NCBI GenBank assembly: GCA_021813145.1
Contig: JAKALS010000004.1
Location: 8,594-72,593, forward strand
Length of the DNA: 64,000 nucleotides
From: a bacterium
GTDB taxonomy: Bacteria > Patescibacteriota > Microgenomatia > Levybacterales > UBA12049
Direction of reading: 5' to 3'
A program made the translations under genes and the position numbers. The notes below the pieces were generated by a model. That model was not told the DNA's origin, searched no databases, and was given only the letters and a program-made list of their open reading frames with translations. Of this stretch, positions 40,540-50,756 are shown piece by piece (position 1 is the first letter of the stretch; each line of letters opens with the position of its first letter).

Positions 40540-41574
40540 ATGACAATAAGACTCAGAACGGCATTTTTTATAGTCTTAGGCCTGGTTCTTGTTTGGTTTT
40601 TGTATTATGAGAGGGCAGTACTTGCTCCGTTTATACTTGCCGCAATTTTTGCATATCTCTTTAATCCTCTTGTAAATTTTTTCTCTAATAAGATAAAGCT
40701 TCCCAGAACGCTTTCTATAATAATTATTTATATTCTTTTAATAGGAATAGTAGCAGCCATAGGGATAACAATGAGTAAAAGAGTAGTTGAAGAATCTTCG
40801 GAACTTACCCAATATGCTACCCAAATAAACAAAGAAGCAAAACAACAAATAAATTCTTTGCCCGATTGGATAAAGCCTACTGTCAACGATGCCTTATATT
40901 CTCTGGAAAATTATAAAGTCATTTCCTCGCCTTCGGCATTTAGCTTTGTTCCGAAAGCGTTTTCCAGGATATTGAGTTTTATAATTTTTCTCTTTTCTGC
41001 ATTTTATTTTCTAAAAGAGGGAAAGAATATGCGGGATAAGGCCTTAAACTTGATTCCCAACGAATATAAATTCGATGTCGAGATACTTCTTCGTAAAATC
41101 AATCTGACTTTAGGAAGTTACCTTAGGGGTCAGATATTCCTTGTTGTTATAGTCTCTACCGCGCTTTTTATAGCTCTTACGATTTTGGGTGTTAAATTTT
41201 CACTTATACTTGCCATTTTTTCTGGACTTGCAGAAATTGTCCCCATAATAGGCCCTATTGTTGCTGCTTCAGTTGCGGCAATTGTTGCTTTTGTCGGAGG
41301 CACTTCTAGCTTTGGCTTAAATTCTGTCCAGATGGTAATTGCAGTTATTGTTATTTATACAGTTTTAAGGCAAATACAGGACTATATAGTTAATCCTTAT
41401 TTTATGGGTAAGATTACCAATCTTCATCCGCTTATTATTCTTTTTGCAGTTGTGGCAGGCGAACATACCGCAGGAATTTTAGGTTTAATACTTGCTGTTC
41501 CAACCGCGGGAATAATAAAAATACTTCTGGAATTTTCCCTCGATAAGCTAAACGGAATAGAGGATAAAGAATAA
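40540..41574 (+). CDS. AI-2E family transporter (PerM/YhhT, UPF0118)
   Basis: 344 aa polytopic membrane protein with conserved ...ILAVPTAGIIKIL C-terminal region typical of the family. Confidence 0.75.
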   Translation: MTIRLRTAFFIVLGLVLVWFLYYERAVLAPFILAAIFAYLFNPLVNFFSNKIKLPRTLSIIIIYILLIGIVAAIGITMSKRVVEESSELTQYATQINKEAKQQINSLPDWIKPTVNDALYSLENYKVISSPSAFSFVPKAFSRILSFIIFLFSAFYFLKEGKNMRDKALNLIPNEYKFDVEILLRKINLTLGSYLRGQIFLVVIVSTALFIALTILGVKFSLILAIFSGLAEIVPIIGPIVAASVAAIVAFVGGTSSFGLNSVQMVIAVIVIYTVLRQIQDYIVNPYFMGKITNLHPLIILFAVVAGEHTAGILGLILAVPTAGIIKILLEFSLDKLNGIEDKE

Positions 41575-41579
41575 AAAAG

Positions 41580-41980
41580 TTCTTTGGAAGACAATAAGCC
41601 AGATTCTGTATTTGTTGCAATCTATCTCTATTGTGATGTTTATGTCACTTTAGGTCCGATTTTCGTCGGACTGCCCTCTGCATTGATGCTCCCGTAAAGC
41701 AGGTAACGTCCTTCTTCGCACAAAGCTATGGAAGGACACGCATCTTTCGGAGGTTGCAGCAGGTAGGATTGCCCGTTTCACTCCCACTCGTCTCTGTTGC
41801 TCTCAAGTTCTGTCGATTCAGAACCTGTCTCAAATCTTATATGTGGGTAAAAAAACTTGAGAACCAGCTATCTCTAGTCGGAGCTTTCGCTCCGTCCCCG
41901 GCCTTACACCTGTCTGGACTTTCCTGTCCGGTGTTGTCCTTAGACTTCACCGGACTAGCAACTCATCTTCCAAAGAACAG
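41580..41980 (-). ncRNA. rnpB: RNase P RNA (bacterial type A-like)
   Basis: Minus-strand sequence contains CAGGAAAGUCCAGAC (P4 5' strand, cf. GGAAAGUCCGGGC), GCAACAGAGA, and ACAGAAUCUGGCUUAU (cf. ACAGAACCCGGCUUAU, P4 3' strand); 5' CUUUGGAAGA pairs with 3' UCUUCCAAAG (P1); region is GC-richer than flanks. Confidence 0.8.
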
Positions 41981-42036
41981 CCGTATTATACCAAAATAGG
42001 AGCAATTTTAAAAGTTTTTGAGGCTAAAGTAAGCAG

Positions 42037-44895
42037 TTACACATTGCATAATAATTTGTACTCGCAGTTTAGGCAAAGTACATTTCCGCTGCATTTAAAA
42101 TCGCTTTTTTCAATTTCCTTTATTTTTTCGATTAAATCTTCCTCCACTTTTATTAAGTCTTCTTTTTTAAACGCCATTGTCTTTTTTGTTCCGTCTTCCA
42201 AAAAGTAAAGGGAAAGAGATATATCTTCCGGCTTGCGGTTAAAAATTTTATCGTTAATTTTTGTAGCCGCCAAAGCATATATTTCCAACTGCAGTTTATG
42301 AGCCTTGTCCGCCTTTGGATTATCTTCTCCGGTTTTGTAATCTATTATTTCTATGCCTTTTTCCTTAGCGTCGACCCTATCTATTTTTCCGAATACTTTT
42401 ACTCCGTTCTTTAAAACAAAAGAGAAAGGCAGTTCTATTCCTATTGGTTTTATAGGCGGTTTACATTCTTTTTCGTAAAATCTTTCAAGAATTTTTGTTG
42501 CCTGTTCATATCTTTCCTTCTCGTGACTTTTGTTTTCGTATCCGTCGCTCATCCATTCTTTTTTTAGCATCTCTTTAAATTCCAAAAGAGTTGGAGATTT
42601 TTCTTCGGTAACGTTTTTATAAAAATCGTAAAGTGTATTGTGCAGGGAAATGCCGAAACTTTGGACAGAGCTTATGGGTGTCGGAATATTTAATATTGCT
42701 TTTGCTTTATAATGTAGAGGGCATATATCAAACATTTGAAGGTTTGAATAAGTAATATAAGAAATTTTAAACGGAGGTTTTTCTTCGTCTTTTTCTTCTT
42801 CTATTTCGTAGTTTGAGAGCACGTCGGAAAGAGTCAACTGTTTTGCGTTTTTTAACAGGTTTTCTTCTATTTTAAGTTTTGGGAGAGCTTCATAGATAAA
42901 AGGCGAAAGTTTCTTTGAACGTTTTCCGTTACCGTAATAGTTTGCTGCAGTAAAATACAGGGCTTCTTTAGCTCTTGTCATTCCGACATAAAACAATCTT
43001 CTTTCTTCCTGAAGGTGGAAGTCAACCCCTTCGGGTAGTTTTTCTTTTATTATTCCCAAAGGCAAAGGTATTTTTTCCGATCTTTCTCTTGAAGGAAAAC
43101 GCTCCGAGACGAGGTTTACAAGAAAAACAACCTTGAATTCCAGTCCCTTGCTGGAGTGAACAGTTAAAATATTAACCGCATTTTTGTCTCTTATGTCTAT
43201 ATCGGCAGCAGTAGGGCTGTCTCCAAGCGAAAGCATAAGAGTAAGCCATTCAACTACATCAAAAATATTACTGTTATTTTTTTCGGTTTCGAAATTTTTT
43301 ATCCTGTCGAAGAATTTTGCTATATTCTTTACCCTTTTTTCTTCTTTAATGGAATCAGTTTTTTGAAATGATTCATAAAGACCCGAATCTATAAGGAAGT
43401 AGTAAAGAATCTGTCCTGCGACTTCTTTCTTACTTTTTTCAAGGTGTCTTTCAACCATGAATTTAAACTTTCCAAGTTTTTCCCGGGTCTCGTCTTTTAG
43501 AAACGCATGTTCCATATCCATTGCTTCAAAAAGCGAAAGATTTTTTTTCTTCGCAAAATTAAGAAGGAAATTCAGTTCTATATTAGAAATTTTGAAAATA
43601 TCCATGGAAAGAACTCTAAAAAGCGATACGGAATCCGAAAGGTTTGTTAAAAATGTCAGATACGCTATTAAATCTTTTATTTCTTCCTGCTGGAAAAGAT
43701 AGCCTGGACCCAAAAACTGGTAAGGAATTTTATGCCTTTGCAATGCCTGGGTAATACTTTGGGAATGATTGTTGGCTCTGACAAGAATTGCTATATCCCG
43801 GTATTCATATTCTTTTGCAAGTTTTTTTATTGTTTTTGCTATTTCGTCTGCTTCGTCTTCGACTTTTTCCGCGTGTATAATTTCTATTTCGCGTTCCATG
43901 GTTTTTGTGTGGCTTTGGAGTTTTTTATTGATATTTTCTACAACCTCAAGACGGTTCGGATTGTTGTTTTGTATGAGCTGATGGGCAGAATCGAGTATTG
44001 TTTGGGTTGAGCGGTAATTGTCGGTTAAAGTTATTATTTTTGCATTCGGAAAATTTTTCTTAAACTGCAGGACGTTTGATACGGCAGCTCCGCGGAATCT
44101 ATAGATGGACTGGTCGTCGTCTGCCACCACCGTAATATTTTTATCGTTACCGGCAAGGAGAATGGCAAGCTCGTTTTGCGAATAATTTGTATCCTGAAAT
44201 TCGTCTACCAAAACATATTTAAACTGTTCTTGATATTTTTTAAGAATATTTTTTCTTGTCCTGAAAAGTAGAAGAGTATTGGAAATAAGGTCTGAAAAAT
44301 CCATAACTCCCTCCTTGGCTTTTAGTTCCTCGTATGCTTTATAAGCATTTGCAAGTTCAAGGTATTCAACTTTTTCGTCAACGGAAGTAAGTTCCTTTGC
44401 CCATTTTAAATATTCTTCGGGCGTTATGTCTTCGTCTTTAAGTCTTGAAAAATGTGTAAGTAGGGCGTCGAGAAATTTTGTTGGATTCCCCAAGGGCCTG
44501 AAAAATTTAAGCCCCAAATTAAAAATATTTTTTTTCATAAGAAGTACGGATTCGGCTTCTGTGATAAGTCTGTAAGCAGGGTCAAGTCCTATTGCGTGGG
44601 CGTCATCTCTTAAAATTCTGTCGCAGAAAGAGTGGAAAGTGTGAATCCACATGTTTAAATATCCGTAGGGAAGAAGAATATCCACTCTTTCCTGCATTTC
44701 AAAAGCAGCTTTGTCGGTAAAGGTAAGGGCTAAAACTTCCGAAGGAGGAACTTTTTTTTCAACGATAAGGTGTTTTATTCTTTCGGTTATTACGGTTGTT
44801 TTTCCCGTTCCGGCTCCTGCAATAATAAGAAGCGGCCCTTTGTCGTGCTCCACTGCCTCAAGCTGTTCTTTGTTGAGGGTTTTTTCCGTCTTCAT
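42037..44895 (-). CDS. UvrD/PcrA-family helicase fused to C-terminal RecB/Cas4-like PD-(D/E)xK nuclease with Cys4 cluster (AddA-like architecture)
   Basis: N-terminal GAGTGKTT Walker A; C-terminal GKIDRVD...EIIDYKTG nuclease motifs; Cys in DICPLHY plus CSGNVLCLNCEYKLLC. Confidence 0.85.
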   Translation of the reverse strand: MKTEKTLNKEQLEAVEHDKGPLLIIAGAGTGKTTVITERIKHLIVEKKVPPSEVLALTFTDKAAFEMQERVDILLPYGYLNMWIHTFHSFCDRILRDDAHAIGLDPAYRLITEAESVLLMKKNIFNLGLKFFRPLGNPTKFLDALLTHFSRLKDEDITPEEYLKWAKELTSVDEKVEYLELANAYKAYEELKAKEGVMDFSDLISNTLLLFRTRKNILKKYQEQFKYVLVDEFQDTNYSQNELAILLAGNDKNITVVADDDQSIYRFRGAAVSNVLQFKKNFPNAKIITLTDNYRSTQTILDSAHQLIQNNNPNRLEVVENINKKLQSHTKTMEREIEIIHAEKVEDEADEIAKTIKKLAKEYEYRDIAILVRANNHSQSITQALQRHKIPYQFLGPGYLFQQEEIKDLIAYLTFLTNLSDSVSLFRVLSMDIFKISNIELNFLLNFAKKKNLSLFEAMDMEHAFLKDETREKLGKFKFMVERHLEKSKKEVAGQILYYFLIDSGLYESFQKTDSIKEEKRVKNIAKFFDRIKNFETEKNNSNIFDVVEWLTLMLSLGDSPTAADIDIRDKNAVNILTVHSSKGLEFKVVFLVNLVSERFPSRERSEKIPLPLGIIKEKLPEGVDFHLQEERRLFYVGMTRAKEALYFTAANYYGNGKRSKKLSPFIYEALPKLKIEENLLKNAKQLTLSDVLSNYEIEEEKDEEKPPFKISYITYSNLQMFDICPLHYKAKAILNIPTPISSVQSFGISLHNTLYDFYKNVTEEKSPTLLEFKEMLKKEWMSDGYENKSHEKERYEQATKILERFYEKECKPPIKPIGIELPFSFVLKNGVKVFGKIDRVDAKEKGIEIIDYKTGEDNPKADKAHKLQLEIYALAATKINDKIFNRKPEDISLSLYFLEDGTKKTMAFKKEDLIKVEEDLIEKIKEIEKSDFKCSGNVLCLNCEYKLLCNV

Positions 44896-44912
44896 TAGAG
44901 GTTATTGTATCA

Positions 44913-45881
44913 CTAATTTTCGCTCTTTTCGCCTATTCTTTTTGTAGAATTAAGCTTTTGTCCGAGTTGCAAAAATCCCGAAGTTACGTTGTTAAATTGT
45001 GTATAGGCGTTATTCAAATGCTTACCTAAAACATTAAGACTTTCGTTTGTTTTGTCGTAGTCTATTTGAAGCGCTCTAAGCATTGCAAAAACTTCTCTTG
45101 ATTTTGCCTCCAGCTTTTTACCTTCAAAAGAAAGAAGAATTGTCTGAAGGTGTGCATAAAGGGTAGAAGGTGAAACTATATAAACTCTTGCCCTTCTTGC
45201 ATATTCCATGATGTCCTGGCTGTTTACGACTTCGTAGAAAACCGACTCGCTCGGAACATACATAAGGGCAAAATCCATTGTTCCTTCCGCCGGCAAAATG
45301 TATTTTTTCGAAATAGCGTCTACGTGTTTTTTAACGTCTTTAATAAATTCCTTTTCATATTGTTCTTTTTCACCGTTTACTGCTTTTGTCATTTTCTGGA
45401 AATTTTCCATAGGGAATTTGGAGTCTATCGGTAAAATCCCCGCGTCTGTTTTTATTGCGGCATCCACCTTTTCTCCCGATTTAAATTCGTATTGTAAATT
45501 AAAACTGTTTTTGGGAAACATTTGTGCGATTAAATCCTTAAGCACCTGTTCGCCTATATTTCCCCGAAGCTTAGGGCTTTTTAAGAATTCCTGGAGCTCA
45601 CGCATATTCCTTCCAATTTCGTTCATCTGCCCGACCTCTTTGCTTACGTCTCTCATTGCAAGAGCAGCTTTATCTAATCTTTCGTTTAATTGTCTTGAAT
45701 TTTCCTGCAGAGTTTTCACCATATTGCCGGTTGAGGAGTTCATTGTATTTTGCATGGACTTTAGCCATTCCATTAAAGCCTCGTCGGTTTTTTGGGTGTT
45801 TGATTTTTTATTTAGTAAATAAAACATAATTCCAAATCCTAAGATTACAATAAGAAACAGTATGGTGAATTCAAAAGACAT
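44913..45881 (-). CDS. rmuC: DNA recombination protein RmuC
   Basis: N-terminal TM, coiled-coil, C-terminal DFALMYVPSESVFYEV region typical of RmuC. Confidence 0.75.
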   Translation of the reverse strand: MSFEFTILFLIVILGFGIMFYLLNKKSNTQKTDEALMEWLKSMQNTMNSSTGNMVKTLQENSRQLNERLDKAALAMRDVSKEVGQMNEIGRNMRELQEFLKSPKLRGNIGEQVLKDLIAQMFPKNSFNLQYEFKSGEKVDAAIKTDAGILPIDSKFPMENFQKMTKAVNGEKEQYEKEFIKDVKKHVDAISKKYILPAEGTMDFALMYVPSESVFYEVVNSQDIMEYARRARVYIVSPSTLYAHLQTILLSFEGKKLEAKSREVFAMLRALQIDYDKTNESLNVLGKHLNNAYTQFNNVTSGFLQLGQKLNSTKRIGEKSEN

Positions 45882-45897
45882 ATTTATATTTTATCAC

Positions 45898-46941
45898 TTA
45901 ATCAAAATATAATTCGGGATTGGCAGTCACATTCTGCCAGGGTTCTTCTTTTTGGTTAAAAAAAGCTGCGGCTGCAATCATTGCCGCGTTGTCGGTGGAA
46001 AGTTTTTTCTCGGGGACAAAAAACTTGATTGTTGATTGCTGATTGCTGATTACCGATTCAAAACGTTTTCGAAGTTCAGAATTTGCGGAGACACCGCCGC
46101 CTAATAGTATTGATTTCACTTTATATTCTTTTGCTGCTTTTAATGTTTTTGTTGTTAAAACGTCGAAGATGGCATTTTGCAAAGAAAAGCAGATATTGGA
46201 AATTATTTCTTTGTCGGCGATATTTACTTTTTGTATTTCCCTGTGTACCGCGGTTTTGAGCCCGCTAAAACTAAAATCGTAATCGGAAGAGTCTATTAGC
46301 GGTTTTGGAAAATGATAAATATCTTTTTGGGAAGAAGAAGCAAGTTTTTCTATTAGTGGCCCTGCAGGATAAGACAAATTAAGAAGCCTTCCCGTTTTGT
46401 CGAATGCTTCACCAGCCGCGTCGTCTCTTGTTCCCCCGAGCCATTTATAATCGTTATAATTTTTCATAAGCACCAAATCGGTATGTCCTCCAGAGACGAT
46501 AAGGGCTATTGCCGGAAATTCAACATCTTTAAGTTTAAGATTTAAGACTTCAGATTTAGGATTTTCGCGAATGAAATTGGCGTAGATGTGGCCGAATAAA
46601 TGGTTGACGGGAATGATGGGTTTTTTATAAATGTAGGAAAGGGTTTTTGCCGTTTCTACCCCTACCAAAAGAGAACCAATAAGTCCCGGCCCTACGGTAA
46701 CCGCTATTGCGTCTATATCTTCAACTCCGGTTTCTCCTAATGCTTCTTTTATTACCGGTATTATAAATTTTACCTGTTCTCTTGCGGCAATTTCTGGTAT
46801 TATGCCTCCAGTTTTTGAATGAAGGACCAGGGAAGTAGCAAGAGAGTTGGAAATAAGATCAACAAAATTTCCTCCCTTTTTTCCTTCTATTATTGCCGCA
46901 CCTGTTTCGTCGCAGCTTGTTTCAATTCCCAGTATTTTCAT
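45898..46941 (-). CDS. tsaD: tRNA N6-adenosine threonylcarbamoyltransferase TsaD (Kae1/Gcp)
   Basis: MKILGIETSCDETGAAI start; His-His metal motif region. Confidence 0.93.
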   Translation of the reverse strand: MKILGIETSCDETGAAIIEGKKGGNFVDLISNSLATSLVLHSKTGGIIPEIAAREQVKFIIPVIKEALGETGVEDIDAIAVTVGPGLIGSLLVGVETAKTLSYIYKKPIIPVNHLFGHIYANFIRENPKSEVLNLKLKDVEFPAIALIVSGGHTDLVLMKNYNDYKWLGGTRDDAAGEAFDKTGRLLNLSYPAGPLIEKLASSSQKDIYHFPKPLIDSSDYDFSFSGLKTAVHREIQKVNIADKEIISNICFSLQNAIFDVLTTKTLKAAKEYKVKSILLGGGVSANSELRKRFESVISNQQSTIKFFVPEKKLSTDNAAMIAAAAFFNQKEEPWQNVTANPELYFD

Positions 46942-46942
46942 A

Positions 46943-47392
46943 TTAATAATTAATGCTTACGGAATCTCCTTCTTTAAATCCGTATTTTTGAGATAAACCT
47001 GCGTTAATTTCAAGTACCGTATCCGAAAGGGAATCAGGTCTGTAAATCGGCAAAGGCGAATTATCCGTTTTGGGAGGAGGAACGTTTGCAAAAATTTTAA
47101 TAATTTTTCCATTTCTTATAAAAATAATATCTATAGGAAATTTCATATTCTTCATCCAGAAAGAGTAATAGCCTTCCTTTCCAAAAGGAAAAAGCATTCC
47201 GAAATCATTGGATATTTTATTATATTTTGCAAGGCCGGTTTCTTTTTCCTTATCGGTTTTTGCCACCTCTATTTTAAACGTATAGTCGTCTATTGTCGCA
47301 GAAGGGACAGTTTTTTTTAGGATTTGCGGGAGAATAGATATAAGCAGAAAAACGACTGCTGTCGCAAAGAAAAAGAAAAAAATTTTTTTCAT
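46943..47392 (-). CDS. DUF192 family protein (signal/TM at N-terminus)
   Basis: 149 aa; C-terminal ...LEINAGLSQKYGFKEGD pattern characteristic of DUF192. Confidence 0.6.
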   Translation of the reverse strand: MKKIFFFFFATAVVFLLISILPQILKKTVPSATIDDYTFKIEVAKTDKEKETGLAKYNKISNDFGMLFPFGKEGYYSFWMKNMKFPIDIIFIRNGKIIKIFANVPPPKTDNSPLPIYRPDSLSDTVLEINAGLSQKYGFKEGDSVSINY

Positions 47393-47880
47393 ATGCGGTT
47401 ATTTTCTTCTATGAGTTTTGCAAGACGGGTAGTAGATCTGTTGGAAATCCTGTTTACAACAAAAGCTGGTTCTGCTCCTGCGAGTTTTGCCGTCCTTTTT
47501 ATATGTATACTCTGCTCTGCGTCTTTTGTGGCTGCAATAATATCCGGTTTTAAAGACAATACAAGTTTATCATAGTCGGTATTTGTATTCATATCGGGGA
47601 GAATAACAACATAATCAACGGGTCTAAGAGATGAAAGAAGAATCGCTCTTTCTTCCTGCGTATTTATCGGTCTTTCCTCTCCTTTTAGTTTTTTTACGGA
47701 TGTATCGTTTTCCAAAAGTACAAATAAAATATCTCCTTCTTTTTTTGCCGCGTCCAGAAATCTTATATGACCTATATGGAGTACATCAAAACATCCTCCG
47801 CAAAGTACTATTTTCTTTCCTTCTTGCTTTAATTTTTTGCTTATCTTTATTGCTTTTTTTATATCTATTATTCTTTGCAT
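47389..47880 (-). CDS. Cytidylyl/adenylyltransferase-like nucleotidyltransferase (TagD / RfaE domain II-like)
   Basis: GGCFDVLHIGH (HxGH) motif. Confidence 0.75.
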   Translation of the reverse strand: MQRIIDIKKAIKISKKLKQEGKKIVLCGGCFDVLHIGHIRFLDAAKKEGDILFVLLENDTSVKKLKGEERPINTQEERAILLSSLRPVDYVVILPDMNTNTDYDKLVLSLKPDIIAATKDAEQSIHIKRTAKLAGAEPAFVVNRISNRSTTRLAKLIEENNRI

Positions 47881-49296
47881 TTATTGTGTTCCTCTGAGGT
47901 ATACAGCCTGCCATGGTTGGTAATTCGATACAAATTTATCGTTTAGGTAAAGTTTTCCGTCTTTATAAACCTGTCTGGTAAAATAAACATTTGCTCCCCA
48001 TGCGGCAAAATCTGTTTGTTGTATTACTCCTTTTGGAAGGTTGGGGTCATCCTGATAAAGGGGCGGAGGAGGGGGAGTCTGGTTGGTTATTACGGGTTTA
48101 GAAATTGTCACCTGTCTTCCGTCCGAAGTGCCGTAAAGGTAGAAAGCCATGGAATAATTAGCCGGATCCGTTACTCCCTGAATTAAAATATAATGCCCTG
48201 TATCGTTTTTAAATTTTAAATCTACTGTAGGGACATAAATCGTGGCGTCGAAACCGGGAGGGGAATCTTGTTCGTAATATCCTACCCTATAGGCATGAGC
48301 AGTCCTGTCTACTATAGGGAGCCCTGCGTTTAGAAGTGCCCTGAAAAAGGTAGTTGAAACCTGGCAGACTCCGCCACCGTCTCCAAGCACGGTATGACCG
48401 TTTTGGATTACATAAGCCTGCTGATAACCACTATAAACGGATATATCTCCCAAAGTTTTGTCAAAAGAAAAAGTTTCTCCCGGAGCCACCAATACACCGT
48501 TTATTCTCGAAGTTGCAAGGACTATGTTGTGAACGCGGCTCGTTATAGAGTCATAATATGTAGAATGGCCTTCACCTATAAGTTCTTTTATACCCATATT
48601 GTTTGCCTTATCCGTTGTCACATCGGGTTGTATAGTTGCTATGGGAAGAGGAACAATAATAACAGAGCCTTTTTGTCCCGACATTGCAGTTAATGATTTC
48701 GATAAAAGCTGCGTATCTAATGCATTTAAATCTACCGCCTGGCCGTTTTCAGACATCCTAAAAGCCGTAACTCTACCATTTGAAAATGTAAAGAGTGCGT
48801 TTACGGGTTGTTTGTTTATTTTTTGCGTTAAAGGAAGAAGGATCCGGGACAAAGAGTCTTGCGAATATGTATACGAAGAGGGGAGATTGATTCCATTTAT
48901 ATAGGCCTGAAGAATAAGACTTATATTGGAAAGTATGTTATTAGTCCTTCCAAGTGTAAAAGCCTGTGAGGCAAGAAGGTCCGAGTTGTATCCATAAGAA
49001 ATGTCTCCGGCAGAAGCCGTTGCTACGCCATCGCTACTGGTAAAAACAAAGTTTACATCTTTTACCGAAAGATTCTTTTTGTCGAAATAGCTCTGCACCT
49101 GTTGTTCCGTTTTCCCTCCGAAATTAACTCCGTTTATCATTACCCCCGGATAAACAGAATTTTGGTAGATAGTCTTAAATATTAAAAAACTGAAGCTTAG
49201 GATAAAAAAGAGGGAAAGAAATGCTCCCATAAAAAACCAAAAAAGAATCCTGCCTGTATGATAAAAATGTTTGGCTTTAATTCGAGGAATTTTCAT
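47881..49296 (-). CDS. VanW family protein (N-terminal TM anchor)
   Basis: GGGVCQVSTTFFRALLNAGLPIVDRTAHAY...GFDATIY signature of VanW domain. Confidence 0.8.
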   Translation of the reverse strand: MKIPRIKAKHFYHTGRILFWFFMGAFLSLFFILSFSFLIFKTIYQNSVYPGVMINGVNFGGKTEQQVQSYFDKKNLSVKDVNFVFTSSDGVATASAGDISYGYNSDLLASQAFTLGRTNNILSNISLILQAYINGINLPSSYTYSQDSLSRILLPLTQKINKQPVNALFTFSNGRVTAFRMSENGQAVDLNALDTQLLSKSLTAMSGQKGSVIIVPLPIATIQPDVTTDKANNMGIKELIGEGHSTYYDSITSRVHNIVLATSRINGVLVAPGETFSFDKTLGDISVYSGYQQAYVIQNGHTVLGDGGGVCQVSTTFFRALLNAGLPIVDRTAHAYRVGYYEQDSPPGFDATIYVPTVDLKFKNDTGHYILIQGVTDPANYSMAFYLYGTSDGRQVTISKPVITNQTPPPPPLYQDDPNLPKGVIQQTDFAAWGANVYFTRQVYKDGKLYLNDKFVSNYQPWQAVYLRGTQ

Positions 49297-49340
49297 TTGA
49301 TATGTTATACTAAGTATTATACTATAATAGCCGCTTAAAT

Positions 49341-50756
49341 ATGGATGAAAATGCCGTTTTCCAGGGACAAAATCTAGAACAGCCGCAAAGCTATTATCAG
49401 CCCGTTCAGGCTCCGCAAATGCAGACTCCGCCTCCGCCTCCTCCTGAAGAAGGCTCGAGGTTTAATTTTTCGCCTCAGGCCCTTGTAAAGCTCTTAATAG
49501 GACTTGTCGTTGTCATACTATTATTGACGGTTTTGATTGTAGTAGTATTACCACGTTTTACGCAAAAGAATAATCAAAAGGTGACTCTTGTTTATTGGGG
49601 ACTTTGGGAATCTCCAAGCGTCATGCAGCCCGTAATTTCGGATTTTGAAAGACAATATCCTAATATTACGGTAGAGTATTCGCAACAGGATATTAAACAG
49701 TACAGAGAGAGGCTGATGACAAGGATAAGCAACGGGAACGGTCCTGATGTTTTTCGTTTTCACGATAGCTGGTATCCTATGCTTTCTTCCTATCTTGCTC
49801 CGCTTTCAAGCGATACGATTTCAAATGCCGATTTTAGCCGTCTATTTTATCCTGTCGCTGTGAAAGACCTGGTGAAAAATGGTGCAATATACGGTATACC
49901 TCTGGAAATAGATACTCTTGGCCTATATATTAACACGGATATACTAAAAGCTGCGGGACTTACCCCTCCTGCTACCTGGAACGATTTTGTAAATGACGCA
50001 AAAACAATGACCGTAAAAGACTCTTCGGGGAAAATAAAGACAGCAGGGGCAGCGCTTGGTACCTACAGCAACGTTACCCACGCACCCGATATTATGGCTC
50101 TCCTTTTTGCCCAGAACGGAGTAAATATGAGTACGATGACTCCCGCTCAAAGTGCTTCGGATGCCTTGAATTTTTACACTTCGTTTGCTCTTGATAATGC
50201 CAATGTCTGGGATAATACTCTTGATCCTTCGATTCTTGCTTTTTCTAAAGGGAACCTTGCCATGTATTTCGGATATTCTTGGGATTACTTTACCATAAAA
50301 GCTGCGAATCCTTCGTTAAATTTTGAGATTGTTCCGGTTCCCCAGCTTCCCGGCCAAAACATAAATATCGCAAGCTATTGGGTCGAAGGGGTTTCGTCAA
50401 AGAGTAAGCACCAAAAAGAAGCTATGCTTTTTCTTAAGTACCTTTCACAGGCATCAACAGAACAAAAACTTTACGGCGAAGAATCTAAGACAAGAGATTT
50501 CGGGGAACTTTATGCGAGAACAGACCTGGCATCAACTCTCGAGCAAAATCCAACAGTGTCCCCGTTTATTAAGGAAGCGCCAACTGCGGTTTCTTCTTTT
50601 TTTGCAGACGGTACCTATGATGACGGTCTTAATTCTCAGGTAAATACATACCTTGGTAATGCCATTAATTCGATGTTTAATAATACCTCCGCCGATACTG
50701 CCATAGGTACACTTTCCCAGGGGGTGGCACAAGTGTTGAAGCAGTATGGACAATAA
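49341..50756 (+). CDS. ABC transporter extracellular solute-binding protein (family 1) with Pro-rich N-terminus and TM anchor
   Basis: 471 aa; LVYWGLWESP...; typical SBP_bac_1 pattern. Confidence 0.7.
   Translation: MDENAVFQGQNLEQPQSYYQPVQAPQMQTPPPPPPEEGSRFNFSPQALVKLLIGLVVVILLLTVLIVVVLPRFTQKNNQKVTLVYWGLWESPSVMQPVISDFERQYPNITVEYSQQDIKQYRERLMTRISNGNGPDVFRFHDSWYPMLSSYLAPLSSDTISNADFSRLFYPVAVKDLVKNGAIYGIPLEIDTLGLYINTDILKAAGLTPPATWNDFVNDAKTMTVKDSSGKIKTAGAALGTYSNVTHAPDIMALLFAQNGVNMSTMTPAQSASDALNFYTSFALDNANVWDNTLDPSILAFSKGNLAMYFGYSWDYFTIKAANPSLNFEIVPVPQLPGQNINIASYWVEGVSSKSKHQKEAMLFLKYLSQASTEQKLYGEESKTRDFGELYARTDLASTLEQNPTVSPFIKEAPTAVSSFFADGTYDDGLNSQVNTYLGNAINSMFNNTSADTAIGTLSQGVAQVLKQYGQ

Noticed and set aside
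41754-41999. 81-aa plus-strand ORF
   Set aside because: Lies entirely inside the RNase P RNA gene on the opposite strand; GC-rich RNA gene generates spurious ORF.
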